A DNA stretch of 63,641 nt, the filler included, from Octopus bimaculoides (lineage: Eukaryota), in assembly GCF_001194135.2 (NCBI RefSeq). It is 8 parts of 8 records of this genome, joined end to end, with 100 filler letters (N's around TTAATTAATTAA, not from the genome) between each part and the next. Parts side by side here need not be neighbours in the genome. Positions count along the whole stretch, not along the records: positions 18,885 to 40,719 come from NC_068988.1; 7 more parts are not named here. One strand, given 5' to 3'. Shown here one piece after another: positions 23,880-38,640 of the stretch. The notes under the pieces were generated by a model. That model searched no databases and had not been told where the DNA came from. It worked only from the letters and a program-made list of their open reading frames with translations. Position 1 is the first letter of the stretch; every line of letters starts with the position of its first letter. Made by a program: the position numbers and the translations under genes.

Positions 23880-24485
23880 CTGGTCTATCTCCCTGAAGAA
23901 ATCAGCAAAAATCAACGAGCATGGCGGGATTCCAATTCCCTGTCTATCGAGTTTCCATTTGGTTTATGTCTTGGTGTAATTTCTATTCGCTGACGTCTAC
24001 TACATTCTGAAGAAATAATGCGAGATGCGAATGCAAATAGTGAACATTTAACCACATATTACACACTAATTATTTGTATGAATCAATCAACAAGTACTTC
24101 ATAGTTGGCTACTCTGTGCTTCCCAAGTGGACCATTCCATACATTTCTGAAACTTTGCCATGCATCCAATTCCAATACATTTAATGTGATTTCAAAATTA
24201 TCGTCTGTGAAAAGCTGTCGAAATAGCAGACAGACTGGTGGTCTTGTGGTTCACGCCAAATCACTGGAATGCCAAACTGTATAATTCTTGACTTTCCCAT
24301 TGGTACATGTTTTACAACAGACATGCGGTGCTCAACTTTTCTCTTGGTCTCCTATCTTCACACCAAAACATAAGCAATACATTACCAACGGCGTAGTGTT
24401 TCTTGCATTCTTCTGGAATGTCACAGCACTACAGATATAACAAAATTTGTCTGGGTGATTACTACACTGATCTCTTGGCAGTTTA
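23880..24485 (-). mobile_element. Internally deleted CMC (Chapaev3-like) DNA transposase remnant
   Basis: CSNHPDKFCYIC, KIGDQEKS*APHVCCKTC, IPVIWREPQDH, LELDAWQSFRNV, NVHYLHSHL and HQDINQMETR*TGNWNPAML. Family assignment is from recall of these motifs. Confidence 0.8.
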
Positions 24486-24859
24486 ATGCAATTTTTATTC
24501 TAATTACATATTTTATTCTAATTAAATATTTATAGGTATTTTATAGTTTTCTTTTTTGTCTCTGAAAATCTGAAAAATAAAAAAAAATTAAAATTATAAA
24601 AATACCCTAATATTAAAAAGCCGAATTACCATAAACGTTTGCCATTTTCGTGATCTACGCATAAAATTACTATAGAAAATGGTATTCTCATGACTGTTGT
24701 CGAAATAGTGTTCATTTTTGTTGTACAGTGTTATTTATTTGAGTGTTTCGTTTCAGTGTTTCCATGTTTGCGAAAGTTTGTTTTGTGTGGCTTTAGAAAT
24801 TATTAACCCTCTTAGTTCTATTTTAGTTCTTTCGAATATTCTCATATGTGTGATTCTAT

Positions 24860-25258
24860 GTTATTGTGCATCTTTGTGGATTCTTATCGTGCGATGCGCT
24901 TAGATGAACCTGGTGTGGTGGTGTTATCTTTAGTGGATACACGTACGCATATGCCCTTTTTATGAAGGTGTGAATGTATATTTTATTGTTACTGTAAGTT
25001 TATGTTATTTCGTGTCTCAAAGTGAAGTGTATTTGTGTGTGTGTGTATTTTTGGTGACGCCATCACATGTATGGATGTGTACATTTTCCATGATTTTACG
25101 TATTAAATCATTTCATAGTGAGATGGAGGCTTGGGTCAATGCTGTTGGTGGCATGGCGGGACCCATTCCTATAGAGAATGGTGGCAAGCAGGATGACATC
25201 CTTGCTCCAATTCTCTTTCGTTTGTACTTTGCTTTTGCTTTTATTCATACTTTGCTAT
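24860..25258 (+). mobile_element. RTE reverse transcriptase fragment
   Basis: IKSFHSEMEAWV...IENGGKQDDILAPILF resembles NGVKQGCVLAPTLF. Confidence 0.75.
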
Positions 25259-25260
25259 CT

Positions 25261-25342
<82 letters not shown>

Positions 25343-25369
25343 GGATGGATGGATGGATGGATATATATA
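25259..25369 (+). repeat. (TAGA)n/(TGGA)n/(TA)n compound microsatellite; many others of (TA)n, (TG)n, (TATG)n and (AAT)n type across the window
   Basis: Seen directly; most N gaps are flanked by such repeats. Confidence 0.95.
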
Positions 25370-25639
25370 NNNNNNNNNNNNNNNNNNNNNNNNNNNNNNN
25401 NNNNNNNNNNNNNNNNNNNNNNNNNNNNNNNNNNNNNNNNNNNNNNNNNNNNNNNNNNNNNNNNNNNNNNNNNNNNNNNNNNNNNNNNNNNNNNNNNNNN
25501 NNNNNNNNNNNNNNNNNNNNNNNNNNNTATATATATAGTTCCGTGAGGTTAGGTCATAATTGCCACAGACCATGACTAAATATTTGGGAAAAGCATTAAA
25601 TGATGTTTCATAATGCAGTCATACTTTGGGCACCATAAT

Positions 25640-26200
25640 CCATTGTAGTAAAGAGTTATTGTTTACTGAGATATATCGATGTGGTATATCTGGAATTTGT
25701 TGAAGATGTTTATTTAAGAACCGTTTGAAAGTTATTAGATCATTTTCTTCTCATATGTCTTGGCATGATGTTATATAGAGCAGGGTGTGATGAGGTGAAA
25801 TAGTTCTGCCTTAATGCTGCGATATGATGGGAGCATGGTTTTTACAGAAGATCGATGACACGGTCGCCAAGACGTGCGCGAATATTAAAGTTGATGGCAA
25901 TATCATTTGGTAATGCTGTTAGAATATTTTCCATTTGATGCGAAAAATACAAATGATATTGTGCTCACGGTGGCGTTAAAGGGAATAAAGTTTGAGACTC
26001 TCGAGACAATCCCAACAATGAAGACATGTCAAGTCGTCTATTTTTTGTTTTTGTCTCTTTTGTGATTGATCTGTGGGATGCTACAACAGTATTCAAGAAG
26101 AGGGTGGACGAAGATGGAGAAGAGAGTCTGACGTCTCGATACGAAACTTTATAGCAAAAATCAGTGCTGGCCATAATCTGCATAGAATATCTGTAGAAAC
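25640..26200 (-). mobile_element. CR1/L2-like LINE 3' remnant
   Basis: LRQNYFTSSHPALYNIMPRHMR resembles the CR1/L2 RT C-terminal F....P.L.N.LP motif. Confidence 0.55.
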
Positions 26201-27181
26201 AACCTTAACAAAATAATGTAAAACGCACCACTAACGTAAATGAACATGGTATCGACTTACGAAAACATTTAATATATTTATAGTATATTTTGTTTGCATA
26301 ACGAAGTACCACCCACCTACAAATCATTAATAAGGTTTAGAAACATTACTACACAGGTGAGTCCTAAATATCCGAGAGGGCGCCCTACAAATCATCTTGA
26401 CTTTCCTGTTTATGTAGGCTATCCAGCTTAAACCGCTCTTAGAATGTATGTATATGGATGGACAGGGAAACTAATGTAGATAGGTACGGAAATATTTAAT
26501 GATAAATTTGCATATATTTGACACGAACTGTAGTATTAGACACGTAATAAATTAATATGCATGTATAAACAATGTGACTATACCTTAACGTTACTAATAT
26601 GGCTACTCTTGGCGATAAAATTGCAAATGTAGTTTCAATATGTAAATTATTAATTTCCATGGCGAAAATACACTGAAACATAAGATCTCGCCACTTAAAT
26701 GCGACTCTAGTGCAAGGCAGGAGGAAGACGAAACTAAGAAAGCGGCTAGAGTATCTTCACTGTACCCGTATATACTCCATATTCTGAACGTACACAATCT
26801 AGGAAACTACGTTGTCGTGAAAATGTCGACACTAAATATCGCCACAAAATGGTTCGTTAAATGTCGCCACAAAATGGCCACCGTCTGGTAATTATCACAA
26901 AAAACCGATTAGTGATTTTCGCTTTCAAAAGATGGAGCTTAAATAGAAATTTCTAAGGACAAATTATTTGCGGTATCAGTGTCGATGTGTAGAAGCTTGA
27001 AATCGATGCATTACAAACAAACATAAAACGGCAAGGTGACAAAAGTTTACAAGAAGTGCAGGTTTCATGTGCGGGTACATCCACCCTACATACACAATGA
27101 AATATACATGTATTTATATGCAAATGCATGTATGGCCATTCGTGAATGACCGTTGACTCGTTAGATTTGACGACCATTTAG

Positions 27182-27223
<42 letters not shown>

Positions 27224-27770
27224 GTGTGCGTGTGTGTGTGTGTGTGTGTATACATATATANNNNNNNNNNNNNNNNNNNNNNNNNNNNNNNNNNNNNNNN
27301 NNNNNNNNNNNNNNNNNNNNNNNNNNNNNNNNNNNNNNNNNNNNNNNNNNNNNNNNNNNNNNNNNNNNNNNNNNNNNNNNNNNNNNNNNNNNNNNNNNNN
27401 NNNNNNNNNNNNNNNNNNNNNNNNNNNNNNNNNNNNNNNNNNNNNNNNNNNNNNNNNNNNNNNNNNNNNNNNNNNNNNNNNNNNNNNNNNNNNNNNNNNN
27501 NNNNNNNNNNNNNNNNNNNNNNNNNNNNNNNNNNNNNNNNNNNNNNNNNNNNNNNNNNNNNNNNNNNNNNNNNNNNNNNNNNNNNNNNNNNNNNNNNNNN
27601 NNNNNNNNNNNNNNNNNNNNNNNNNNNNNNNNNNNNNNNNNNNNNNNNNNNNNNNNNNNNNNNNNNNNNNNNNNNNNNNNNNNNNNNNNNNNNNNNNNNN
27701 NNNNNNNNNNNNNNNNNNNNNNNNNNNNNNNNNNNNNNNNNNNNNNNNNNNNNNNNNNNNNNNNNNNNNN

Positions 27771-27806
<36 letters not shown>

Positions 27807-29599
27807 TATATATTTATGCATATATATATATATTATTACATAAATATATATGTATCACATGAACATGTTTAGCATTATGCTATGCATAGAGAAACATATA
27901 TTACGCTAACTGTCTCTTTACTCATATAATGTGATTTTGGCTTGAATTACTAATGCACGCAATCAATTCTTTCTTGTTAATAAGCAACGATATCTTCATA
28001 TACTAAAGTATAATGTACCTGGCTAATGATATGTCTTAGTACGGATATTTATAATTTCTGCAATAATATAGTGTAATAATATTACTTTATTTTCTTTTAT
28101 TTCGCCATGGAGTTCTCACGTTTCAATGGTTGTCACTTATTTATATAGCTCGTGATGGAAATTTCTACAGAGCTAACAGCATCTATTATGAAAGCAATTT
28201 AATAATATTATATACATTACCGAGAACAAACTCGAGGTGTTTGATACGATGATCGAAATTAAAGAACATGAAGCCGATTATCATATAGAATATTACTACT
28301 AAATCATTTATAAATATTAAGTCTTATTTATTATTACTTAGCTGATGATTCTAATAATCACAACTTCTATTATAATTGTTTCTAAATTTTGTAGGGAGAG
28401 GCTAGATGATCACAATGACCCTGGTGCTCAACTGGTACTTATTTTATCAACCCCGAAACGTTGAAACTCGAAGTCAACTTCAGCGACATTTGAACCCAAA
28501 ATGAAAAACAGGAAGCATCACTTACATTATATACACACATATATGACCGCATGTATGTACGTGCGTATGCATGTATATAGTTTTATTTATTATAATTCTT
28601 CCCAGAAACTCTCTATAACAAAGAAACACGCGTCTGTTAATGGAATTAGGATAACAACAACTTCTATAGTTTAAACCTCAAAGAATCTTGCCTATTTTAA
28701 GTAATTCCTCTCATATTTTGTGTCTATAAAATGTGTGATAGTCGGCTCTTCCTTTACTGAAAAATCCAATTTTTTTCAAGATGTCACCTAGACATTTCCT
28801 AACATAACGATATGGACAAATAATTACTGCTATGAGTATAAATTTATAGTCAAGGTGTCCATATTGATTTCAATGATATTTACATCCTCTTGTCATTTTT
28901 TTTGTCCCAGGTAACTTTTCTCATGGGAATGTTATGTATGCTTTCAATGGCAAACGTTGTGTTTATGTTTATCCGAGGAATTGCTTTTTTTTTTATTAGT
29001 TTTTGCGGTGATAACTGTATCTTTTTCTTCGGTTAGCAGTGTATCTTGTTTTAGCAACAATATCTTGTCGTAGTGAAAGATATTGCGGCAATAACATTTT
29101 GGACAGTCACTGATAACTTGTTATGTCCTCCACACAAGAGTTACATATTCGACATTTAAGTATGCAACTTGGGAGTTTAAGGGTTAATCTGTCACGTTTG
29201 TTCATTAAATATTTCCTGCACTTGGATTATAGAAGCGTACCCTTGGAGATTTGAAGTGACGTAAAAGCCATGAGTGTATGAGAGATTAGTTTTCATGCTA
29301 ATATTATATATACTCCTTTAAGGCAGTGATCTTGCAGTATCGTGAATACGTCGGGCAAAATTCCTAGCGGCATTTCATCAATCTTCACGTTCAGTATTCA
29401 AATTCCGCCGGGGTCGTTTTTGTCTTTCATCCTATCGGGGTCGATAAAATAAATTCCGGCTGGGAACTGAGGTTGATGTAGTCATCCACCGACGCTGCTG
29501 GCGTTGTGTCGAAATATGAAACCAATATTATCATACTGCTCATGTTTACGGGAAACATGCCCACTTATAACAATTTTCTGTTATGCAGAACGTATATAT

Positions 29600-30420
29600 T
29601 TCAAGCAATTGATGAGGTGTACAATTCCGGCATTGCTAGTTTTACATGAGAATTCATCAGAAAGTGCATGCATCCGTAGGGGTGCATAGATATGCATATG
29701 CATACGTGTATACATACATACGCACACATACGTGGGCTGTAGAGTCTGGTCTCACTGATGGCTTTAATATGCAGATTTTGTGACTTGATGTCGTGTAACA
29801 GGTAGCCTTGTTTCCAAGGCGACCCCAAGTCACGTACATTTATACTGCCTATTTTGAGCGTCTTCCAATCGAAAGTTGTGTTTTACACACGAAAGAGAAA
29901 GAGAGAGAGAGCCACTTACTGTCCGAAAATTCTTTGCTCTTCACCTCACAGTCTTCTCCCAGAAGGTTTTTGTATAGTTTTTTGGACAGGTATGTTTTGA
30001 AATCTCCCAACTGCATCAGGGTAGAGAGATTTCAGGGTAGAGAGATTTCAGAGTGCTGTTTGTGTTCTGTGTTATGTGTATGGCTTTAATGTGTTGTGGT
30101 GGTTTTATGCGTGGATGGTTCTTTGTTTTGGTATCATTTTCTGTGGTGTTTGACCTAATGTATTCCATTAGGTCTGGGTTGTTGGTGTTTATGGCTGTCA
30201 ACATTGTTGGTGGGTTTGGTGTTAGTTTGTTTTTGTTGATGCTTTTGTTTTCTGCGGGTGTTTTGGTTTCGGGAGTAGTAAACCTCCCTGCTTTGTTTGC
30301 CTGCTTCTCTATTCTTTTTCACCCTTTTTCTACTTCCCCCTGTGGCCACTCGCCAATCCTGTGTCGTCTTCATCTGACGACATATCGGAGGAATCAGAAG
30401 GCGAGAGGCGAAGTATATTG
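29600..30420 (-). mobile_element. Second Tx1-like remnant (ORF1 end/ORF2 start)
   Basis: MGSPWKQGYLLHDIKSQNLHIKAISETRL parallels MGSISKEGYLLNDLRSLNLDVTAINETRI at 2850. Confidence 0.75.
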
Positions 30421-31060
30421 GGGTCTAGACAGATATATGCACATATGCATATACATTGATAGACAGATAGATAGATAAACAGATATACAGATATAGATAC
30501 ACTTATATGGAGACATATAATGCAAAATACATAAGTAGATTGATAGAAAGACAGACAGACGTGTTGGATACATATAGTTAGATAGATAAATAGAGAGGGG
30601 AAGAGAGGTTGAGAGGGAGAGAGAGATAATCAAGTACATACACGGAATCAGACATTGTTTCCTAATAGCATACAATCACAAACAGTGGATAGCGAGACGG
30701 AAAAAGAGAGAGTGAGAGATAATGAATGAGAAAGAGATTGATATACGAAAGACGTGTCTTGTCATTTAAGAACCCTGCAACATTTTCAAAATATATCATT
30801 CAACAATAATTAATGTTTTCTTTTAGTGTTCCGGTGGACTTAAGTGACACATTAATCTAAAGCGTACTACGGATACATCAAGAATTTACGAGTAATCTAA
30901 TTTGAATATACTACCGAGCATTGCTATGAACCAATGAACTAACACTTTATCTTGGCAGGATAATATGAGACGAGAAATGCTGAACCAGTTTCGATTGACA
31001 CTGTTGTATTATGTTCGAACGCTTACCAATCGTCTAATGCATTTGAATGCATTACAGATT

Positions 31061-31118
<58 letters not shown>

Positions 31119-31258
31119 AGTTAATATTAAAGTGTTAAGTATGTTCCTAGTAGTGCACCGATAAGAGCAATAAAGTTTTCCGTGTATTCCATTTTCCGTC
31201 TCTATCCTTTATTTTATATACATGCATACATGCATACATACATACATACACACACATG

Positions 31259-31369
<111 letters not shown>

Positions 31370-31739
31370 TATTATTCTTGAATATAAAGTAATTTCAATT
31401 TTACTGTTGATATTATTTATTTGATAGTTTATGCATTGTAGTTTAGAAACAAAAGCAATAATAGGTGTCATTCTTCCTGTGTTGAAAGCTAAGTGCTGTG
31501 CAATTACTGAGCTCAATTTAACCGACTTTACAATGATATTCTCATCCATTTCAACCTTGAACATCTTAAAATCTATATACTTATTATCTTCAATAGCCTT
31601 ATTTGTATTGCGTTCCTTCATTGAACAACAGAGAGCTTTTATGTTTAACTTGTGTATGTGCAGTGTTTTGTCGTACTCCATGCAATATGTGATATGTACA
31701 GATTTACTTTTTTTCTGAGTGATATATATTATCGTGTTT

Positions 31740-32760
31740 GGCTTTCCGTCGTAGATCGACGTTGATTGTTCTTGATCAGTAATGATCTCTGGCAAGCTCG
31801 CATGTGTACTGTAAGACCTGCTCTTGATCTGCAGTAAAGATGACATCTACTCTAGGTGAAGCTACTTGAAACAACGGAGAAGTGACGCCTCCATGTGCTC
31901 TTTTGTATTCTCTCTGTTGTTTCTCCTGAGTAGCTGGAATTACGACTTTCAGCGAATGGCGCCATTCATCGCGTTGCAGGGCCTTCTCCTCCCGGGTGTG
32001 TGGGGAGATGCCAGAGTTCTTCATATGTCTCTTCAGAACATTCCTGTACCGCACCTCTAGCAGCAATGGCTCCACCTACCCTGACGTAGTTCAGCGAGAC
32101 TGTCGCCTTCCTTGCTGCAAATATGACCCGCCAAGCACAGCTGTGAAGAGATAATGGGTGCTTCTAAACTAACTGCGCCAGCACGGCCCAGGACCTCTAC
32201 TTCAAGCATGCGATTTTGCAGTGACTGTGGGTAAGAGCGACAAAGTGTTACGAAAAGCTGATATCATTTATGGAAAAGTAGGGAATGATGACTGACAGCA
32301 CGAGTCTTGAGTGGATGGTCTACACTACGCATTGTACATCTATATGGTGACACCTTGACAAATATCTACCGAAATTTGTAGCTGTAGCGCAAAATCCCCT
32401 TCTGGGAGAAAGTATCCAAACTAGAATGAACATATTAACAATTTGCAGACCATAACCCAGCTAAACGCAGATTTCAACATTTTGGAAAAACTTGTAAACC
32501 AAGAGGTTAGTGCTTGTCTTCAGAAGTCTGATAATGGTAACGTAACATGCATCCATCATAAGAGTTCTAAACATGACAACCTCGAAGCTATCTGATACAT
32601 CATAGAGAGGATAGCTATGAAATTTAACATGGGTGAGGATCTGATTAACCTAGATAATTTAAAAGCTTAGGAGAGAGTCGACCATCATTAATTAATGGCT
32701 TACTTCAAGGCAACTAGCTTCGTTCTTGTTGGATAGCCGCAATGCACAGCAACATCTGTT
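31740..32760 (-). mobile_element. RTE LINE 3' remnant
   Basis: EVLGRAGAVSLEAPIISSQLCLAGH...RYRNVLKRHMK...ALQRDEWR. Confidence 0.75.
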
Positions 32761-35092
32761 CAGTGCAAAAGGTGAAGGACGACCCGTCGGAACTATTCGT
32801 AATATTCGCTCGGTCCGCCGGGATTGACCTTCTCATCTCTTCTGTATTTTGTCACTCTGAAACTGCTACTAGACAAACTAGAAATACTGAACCACGTGTG
32901 TTTCTGTGTGTATGTTTGTGTGTATGTGCATGTGTGTGTGTGTGAGCATAGACTCACAGTTTGCATGCACATATGCACATTTATCTGCTTACCATATATG
33001 CACACAGATGCGTATATATATTCACGTTGCACATACCCACGCACATGCTAACCTACGTACGCAAACAAAGCATACACACAAAAATAAAGACGCACTTACA
33101 CATGATAAGATAGTGCAATCACAAAATACTTATGTTGCTAGCCATCACTTTCGAAACACATAGTGGAATTCCCGGAGATGTCTTATTTTCTCCAATTACC
33201 TAAATATATATGATTAAATTGTTATCTGTATTGAATATTTCGAATGCGATACTATCTTTATAAAGAGAAATAATCAAAATCACACTGAATGTTTAATTGT
33301 GTCGATCGGATATTCATGTACAAAGTTTGGTATCTAAGCAGAGGTTTACATATATGATGTATTTATGCAGCAAATAGTTTGCGAAGTCGGATTATATTTC
33401 AGAAAAAAAAATCAGAATATTCTTAATTTCTTTGTATTATAAATTCTATACTTATACATTATATGGATAGCGATTTTTCATAATTTCAGCTTTTGGGTAA
33501 GACGGTGAATTATATTGCCGAGTCTTCTTATTATTTCTATTACATAAGGTGGCGAGCTTCCAGTTGTGTTAGCGCATCGGACAAAAATCTTATCAGAATT
33601 TATTTCGGCTCCTTGCGGCATGAGTTCACATTCTGCAAAGGTCGACTTAACCTTCCATTATTTCAGAACTAATAAAATAAAGTATCGGTCGAACATTAGA
33701 ATCGATCTAATCGTCTATTGTCTCTCCTCTAAAATTGCTGACCTTGAAAGAATTATTATGTTTACTCCATCACTTGCTGGAAAATTTACGTAATACCCAC
33801 TACGCTCCGAAATATTGTGGTATAGCATGACTTTATAACTCCAATTTGTCAAGCTCTTATGAATAACTCTGGTTGAATCTAATTTCTTCACAAGTGACAT
33901 CATTAATACTTAACAAATCATACCAGTTGGTAAGCATTCAACTAAGACATTAGGTTTACGTTCATAAAAGGGGGAATAGCATAATTAAGTTGTTAAAATT
34001 ACACACGTTTACATGGAGTGAAAATGATGCTTTTAGTACAGCTAAGAATTCGTGATGTGCTTAGAAGATGACTACTGCCATAGAATAACGATATACAATT
34101 CGTTATTCTTGCTTTGTGATATTTTGCAACTGGTATAAATGATGCTACAGTGATTGTAGAATTTAAATGCCCTCAGAGTGTATTCGCTTTAGCAATAAAA
34201 GAATCCTTAAATGTTTGACTTCCATAGCAAAATTTATAATCTGATTTAAACTGTAAATTAGAAAATGCAAATAGGATTCAGAATGTCACATTAATTGCTG
34301 ACCTAAAATCTATGTATTTACATCACACAGTTTTTTTCTTTAATTTATTCTAGTAAATTGCTATAAATATCTACAAATACAATTTCTGAAAATCAATATC
34401 GCAAAATATTGACATATTACTGTGTATTTAATTCCATGATATTAAACCAAAAAATATATTTTCAAGAATGATTTATATTTATCTGAAGATCAGCTGACGT
34501 AGATGGAGTTATGAAGAGAAAAAAAAATAGTATTTCTACAGGTCATGAAATATGGAGCCTTCTCCATTACTTCTTTCTCTTCTATGATGCGCTGAATACA
34601 TAATGAGCAAGGTTGATGAAATCTTATATTATATTATTAAAAGAATATTGTGCATGTGTTTGTGTGAGCGTGTGTGTACCTTTGCGCGTAGAATTTTCAA
34701 TTTTCATTATAAACAGTTGCAATTCAGGTTGATATTACCAGTAACTTTCCGTTGAAGGTGCTTGCAATTGTGAAATATTCTAAATGGAATTGCAATATGT
34801 AATGTCCACAATCCACCATCTAAATCCATATTCTTTGATTTTTCCAGTTGTACATTGTATGGTAGGAAACATTGGCTGTTTCGATCCCTACACTGCATTC
34901 TGTGCGAATGCTACAACATTTCAGCAATTATCTGTTTGAAAATACAGATATATAAGAATATGTAAATACATTTTTTCTTTCCTCATTTACATCTCCATCA
35001 CACACTCTCACTTTCTTTCCCATACATTATCTTTCAGTCCGTCTCTTTTCTATTCTCTCACTCTCTTGCAATCTCCATCTCTCCACCTCACC

Positions 35093-35132
<40 letters not shown>

Positions 35133-35477
35133 CCGTGGCTGTAATAGATGATACTTACCCATGGTGCAATACAATGGGACTGTACCCGGAACCATGTGGT
35201 TTGGAAAGAAGCTTCTTACCACACAGCCACACATGAGCCTATATACATGTATATACATGTATATACATGTATATACATANNNNNNNNNNNNNNNNNNNNN
35301 NNNNNNNNNNNNNNNNNNNNNNNNNNNNNNNNNNNNNNNNNNNNNNNNNNNNNNNNNNNNNNNNNNNNNNNNNNNNNNNNNNNNNNNNNNNNNNNNNNNN
35401 NNNNNNNNNNNNNNNNNNNNNNNNNNNNNNNNNNNNNNNNNNNNNNNNNNNNNNNNNNNNNNNNNNNNNNNNNNNNN

Positions 35478-35832
35478 TATGGAGATATACTATCGACAAT
35501 CCAATAATTTATTTATATTATAATATTACATTAAATACTATGAATATAATATAAAATATTCGAATATTATACAACATGAATACCTATAAAAACCATAGAA
35601 GGAATTTCGTCTTTTTCTAAACCATGACCCTGAAGTGACTTTATATATAATGGAACTGTGATTATGCATATCAGAAAAAAATGTATATAAGTCGAAATAA
35701 TTTTTGACCTTTTATGGTTTTTATAATTATTTATGCTATATAATATTATGTTATGTCGTATTATACTCATAGTATTTAATGTAATATTGTATTATAAATA
35801 AATTATTGGATTGTCAATAGTGTATCTCTATA
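35478..35832. repeat. AT-rich foldback (inverted repeat) element
   Basis: ~140-bp arms: 35478-35620 is the imperfect reverse complement of 35700-35832. Confidence 0.85.
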
Positions 35833-35952
35833 TTTAATTTATCTTTATAATTGAATTATACCAATATTTATACTGTATCCAACTGACGTGCCAGTGAATT
35901 AGATTTTAAACACACCCCTTTGAAGGTTTTCTTTTCCTCGGCTTGTTATTTC

Positions 35953-35986
<34 letters not shown>

Positions 35987-36424
35987 TTATATATATATAT
36001 ATATNNNNNNNNNNNNNNNNNNNNNNNNNNNNNNNNNNNNNNNNNNNNNNNNNATATATATACGTGCACATACATACCAACATATGTACATGCATTTATA
36101 TTATATGTGTATATAAGACTTACATCTTTAATCTTTTATGGGATCTCTCTAGTGGTCTTCAAGATATCTTGTCCATCAAATATATAATCACTTTCCAAAG
36201 ACGAAGGATTGAATTTTAATTCAGCCGTTTGCAATACTAATCTCAGTGAATATTATGTAGCTATTCGATGTGCTATACAAAAGCAGTTGTCTTTCACATG
36301 TATGTGGTTTTCCGACATAATTTTTGTTATTTCTTAAGAGTAAGAACTTGTTCATGAAATTAAGAAACATGCATACACTTCACGTAGTTCTCAGAAAAAT
36401 ACAGTGTAGCACAGAATATGGCAA

Positions 36425-36575
36425 GGCTGGCCCTATGAGTTTCCAGCTGAGTGGACTGGGAAGGAAGAGCGTGAAATAAAGTGTCTTGCTCAAGGACACA
36501 ACGCACCGCTGAGAATCGAACTCACGACCTTACGATCATGAGCCGACATCCCTGGCCACTAAGCAACACACCTTC
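36425..36575 (-). mobile_element. tRNA-derived SINE family D (also ~54745-54962)
   Basis: Shared gtgaaataaagtg...caaggacacaac...gaatcgaactcac; reverse-strand B-box. Confidence 0.65.
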
Positions 36576-37959
36576 TATATGTATAAAATAACTGGATAGA
36601 ATTCCAGTCTTCCACCTTATTTATGGTTTCACTATAGGCTCAATTTAACTGATGTCTCGGCCGTCATACCATTTTGTCGAATACACATTTCCTCATCGAA
36701 AATGTGAGCGTAAACATTTTATCAATTGAAATTTGTTTTATAAGCATTGTATTGTGAGAATATAATTTGCTGACTGTTGGGAATCAGAAAGGTTTTTGCC
36801 AGTGTATTAGATCAAATTCATAGGAAATAAACTGTGTTCAAAACTCGAGTTGAGAGCGTGGCTATGTTATGTAGAAATTTCTTTGTGAAGATGACTCGAC
36901 AGGTAAGAAAGAAACTGTTAGCAGGACACTATAACATACATTACGAAATAAATGTCACTCCCATTTACAAGTTGATATAAGGATATGAAAGTCATTTAAT
37001 TTTATGATTCTTGAGGTATAAAAAAATTATTAATGGTCAGGTGTATTATAAACCTAGTGACAATAGAGGATTATCAGATACAGAAGGGTCCTAGCTCGTA
37101 ATAGATTGAAAATATTCCTTTTACCTGGCGTTCAAGGTTGATTGCATCCATGAGAGTTCGAAATTCATTGTTGCAATGAAAGGTAAAACAAACTGAAAAC
37201 GTGATGCAAATAAACTATTTCATTTAACATTGCTATTAGAGCCTCGTATTCTCAATAGCATACGTTCAAACGAAATGCTTTTCCTTACGCACATACGCGT
37301 GCACACAATCACGCACATATATACATATGTATGCGTATGTGCGTACTTGTGTACGTATGGATATATGTGTTTATGTATGAATGTATGTACGTGTGTATTT
37401 GTATGTGCGTGCGTGGAAGTTTTTATGCTTCAAGAGAACATCATTATCTTATGGTTAATAACTTTCACACTTCTTCATGTTCCCAAACAAAATCCTATCG
37501 ACATTTTCATATACAACTTAAATGTAGAAGGTTTTCTATGCTATCATTCTTATTCACGCGCTATACGCTTAATATTAATCTGACACCTCACTAAATATGT
37601 TAACTTCTCTAACCAAACAAATAGAGTTTCCAGCCTATTGCAGGCTTTCCGCCTCAGTGGTGAATGGAAACGCAGCGAAAGCTGATATTCATGTTCTGAG
37701 AAGAAATGTATGTGTTTGTATTAACGTTTGATGTACCGATGCGCTATATGTATCTTCCTTGTACATCAGATAAATTCATAATTCCCAATACGAAGCTTGT
37801 CACAGTTTCAGGTAGTTAGTTACACTAACCAGAAATTCGTAATGTGCACAAGCAACATACACAGGAATAAATAACAGAATCCAGAACACTTGAAACGAAA
37901 TCCATTTTTACAGACACAAAAATAAACTAGGTGGTAGATTAATTAATTACTCAACTGGG

Positions 37960-38640
37960 AATGCAGAGCCGTATTTATTAATGACAGATGAAAATAGAAT
38001 TTATCGCAAAATAATATCTTATAGCAGTAACTGCTATTTCTATCAAATATGTAGCAGGAGAGAGTCTTAGACTAGAAGGGAAATCAGTAAATCGAATAAA
38101 ATAGGCGTACAGAAAAGACATCGTTTACAATGTGTGTTGCAGGTAGAGTAGCCTTTAAACATATCCTCGAGGTGAAATACCATGGCTATTATTTTCGAGA
38201 TCAGGCATATAATCTGATGAACGTCGTGAACGCTATTAGATGGTCCTGGTTGATAAAGAGGTGTGCATTGACCAAGCTTTCATTTGTGATTCTTTCGCTC
38301 CTCATACTCGCCCCTAAAAGTTTTTCTCTTGGTGCTGGTGCTGCAATAACTACTAGTTTATCTTTAACAAGTTCTTGACAGATTCGGTTCGTGTTGTAAC
38401 CGAACATTTTATTTTGGTTTGTTTTCAACGAATCTTTTATGTTTCTCATATCGACGAGTCTTTGTAATTCAACGAGCCTCGTGTTTTAGGAATTCTTTGA
38501 TTTCAGATACCCTTTTTTATGTATATTTTTGTAGAATTTATAACTCCTTTTTTTAGCTGTGCTGTTTCGTTCGTGATTTCGTAAAGCATTGGGTAATTGT
38601 CTTCCTTACATTCCTGATTGAATGTATATCAAGGAGTATT
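37960..38640 (-). mobile_element. Very degenerate Penelope-like RT N-terminal remnant
   Basis: Weak resemblance (EYSL, MRNIK, QELVKDKLVVIA) to the 44737 PLE ORF. Confidence 0.3.

Noticed and set aside
28760-29260. Possible PLE RT relic (also 39650-40300)
   Set aside because: Only faint PK.H/PIIS-like fragments amid many stops; insufficient for a call.
37641-37707. Isolated plus-strand exon candidate (LSASVVNGNAAKADIHVLRRN)
   Set aside because: Plausible splice sites but no homology or partner exons.
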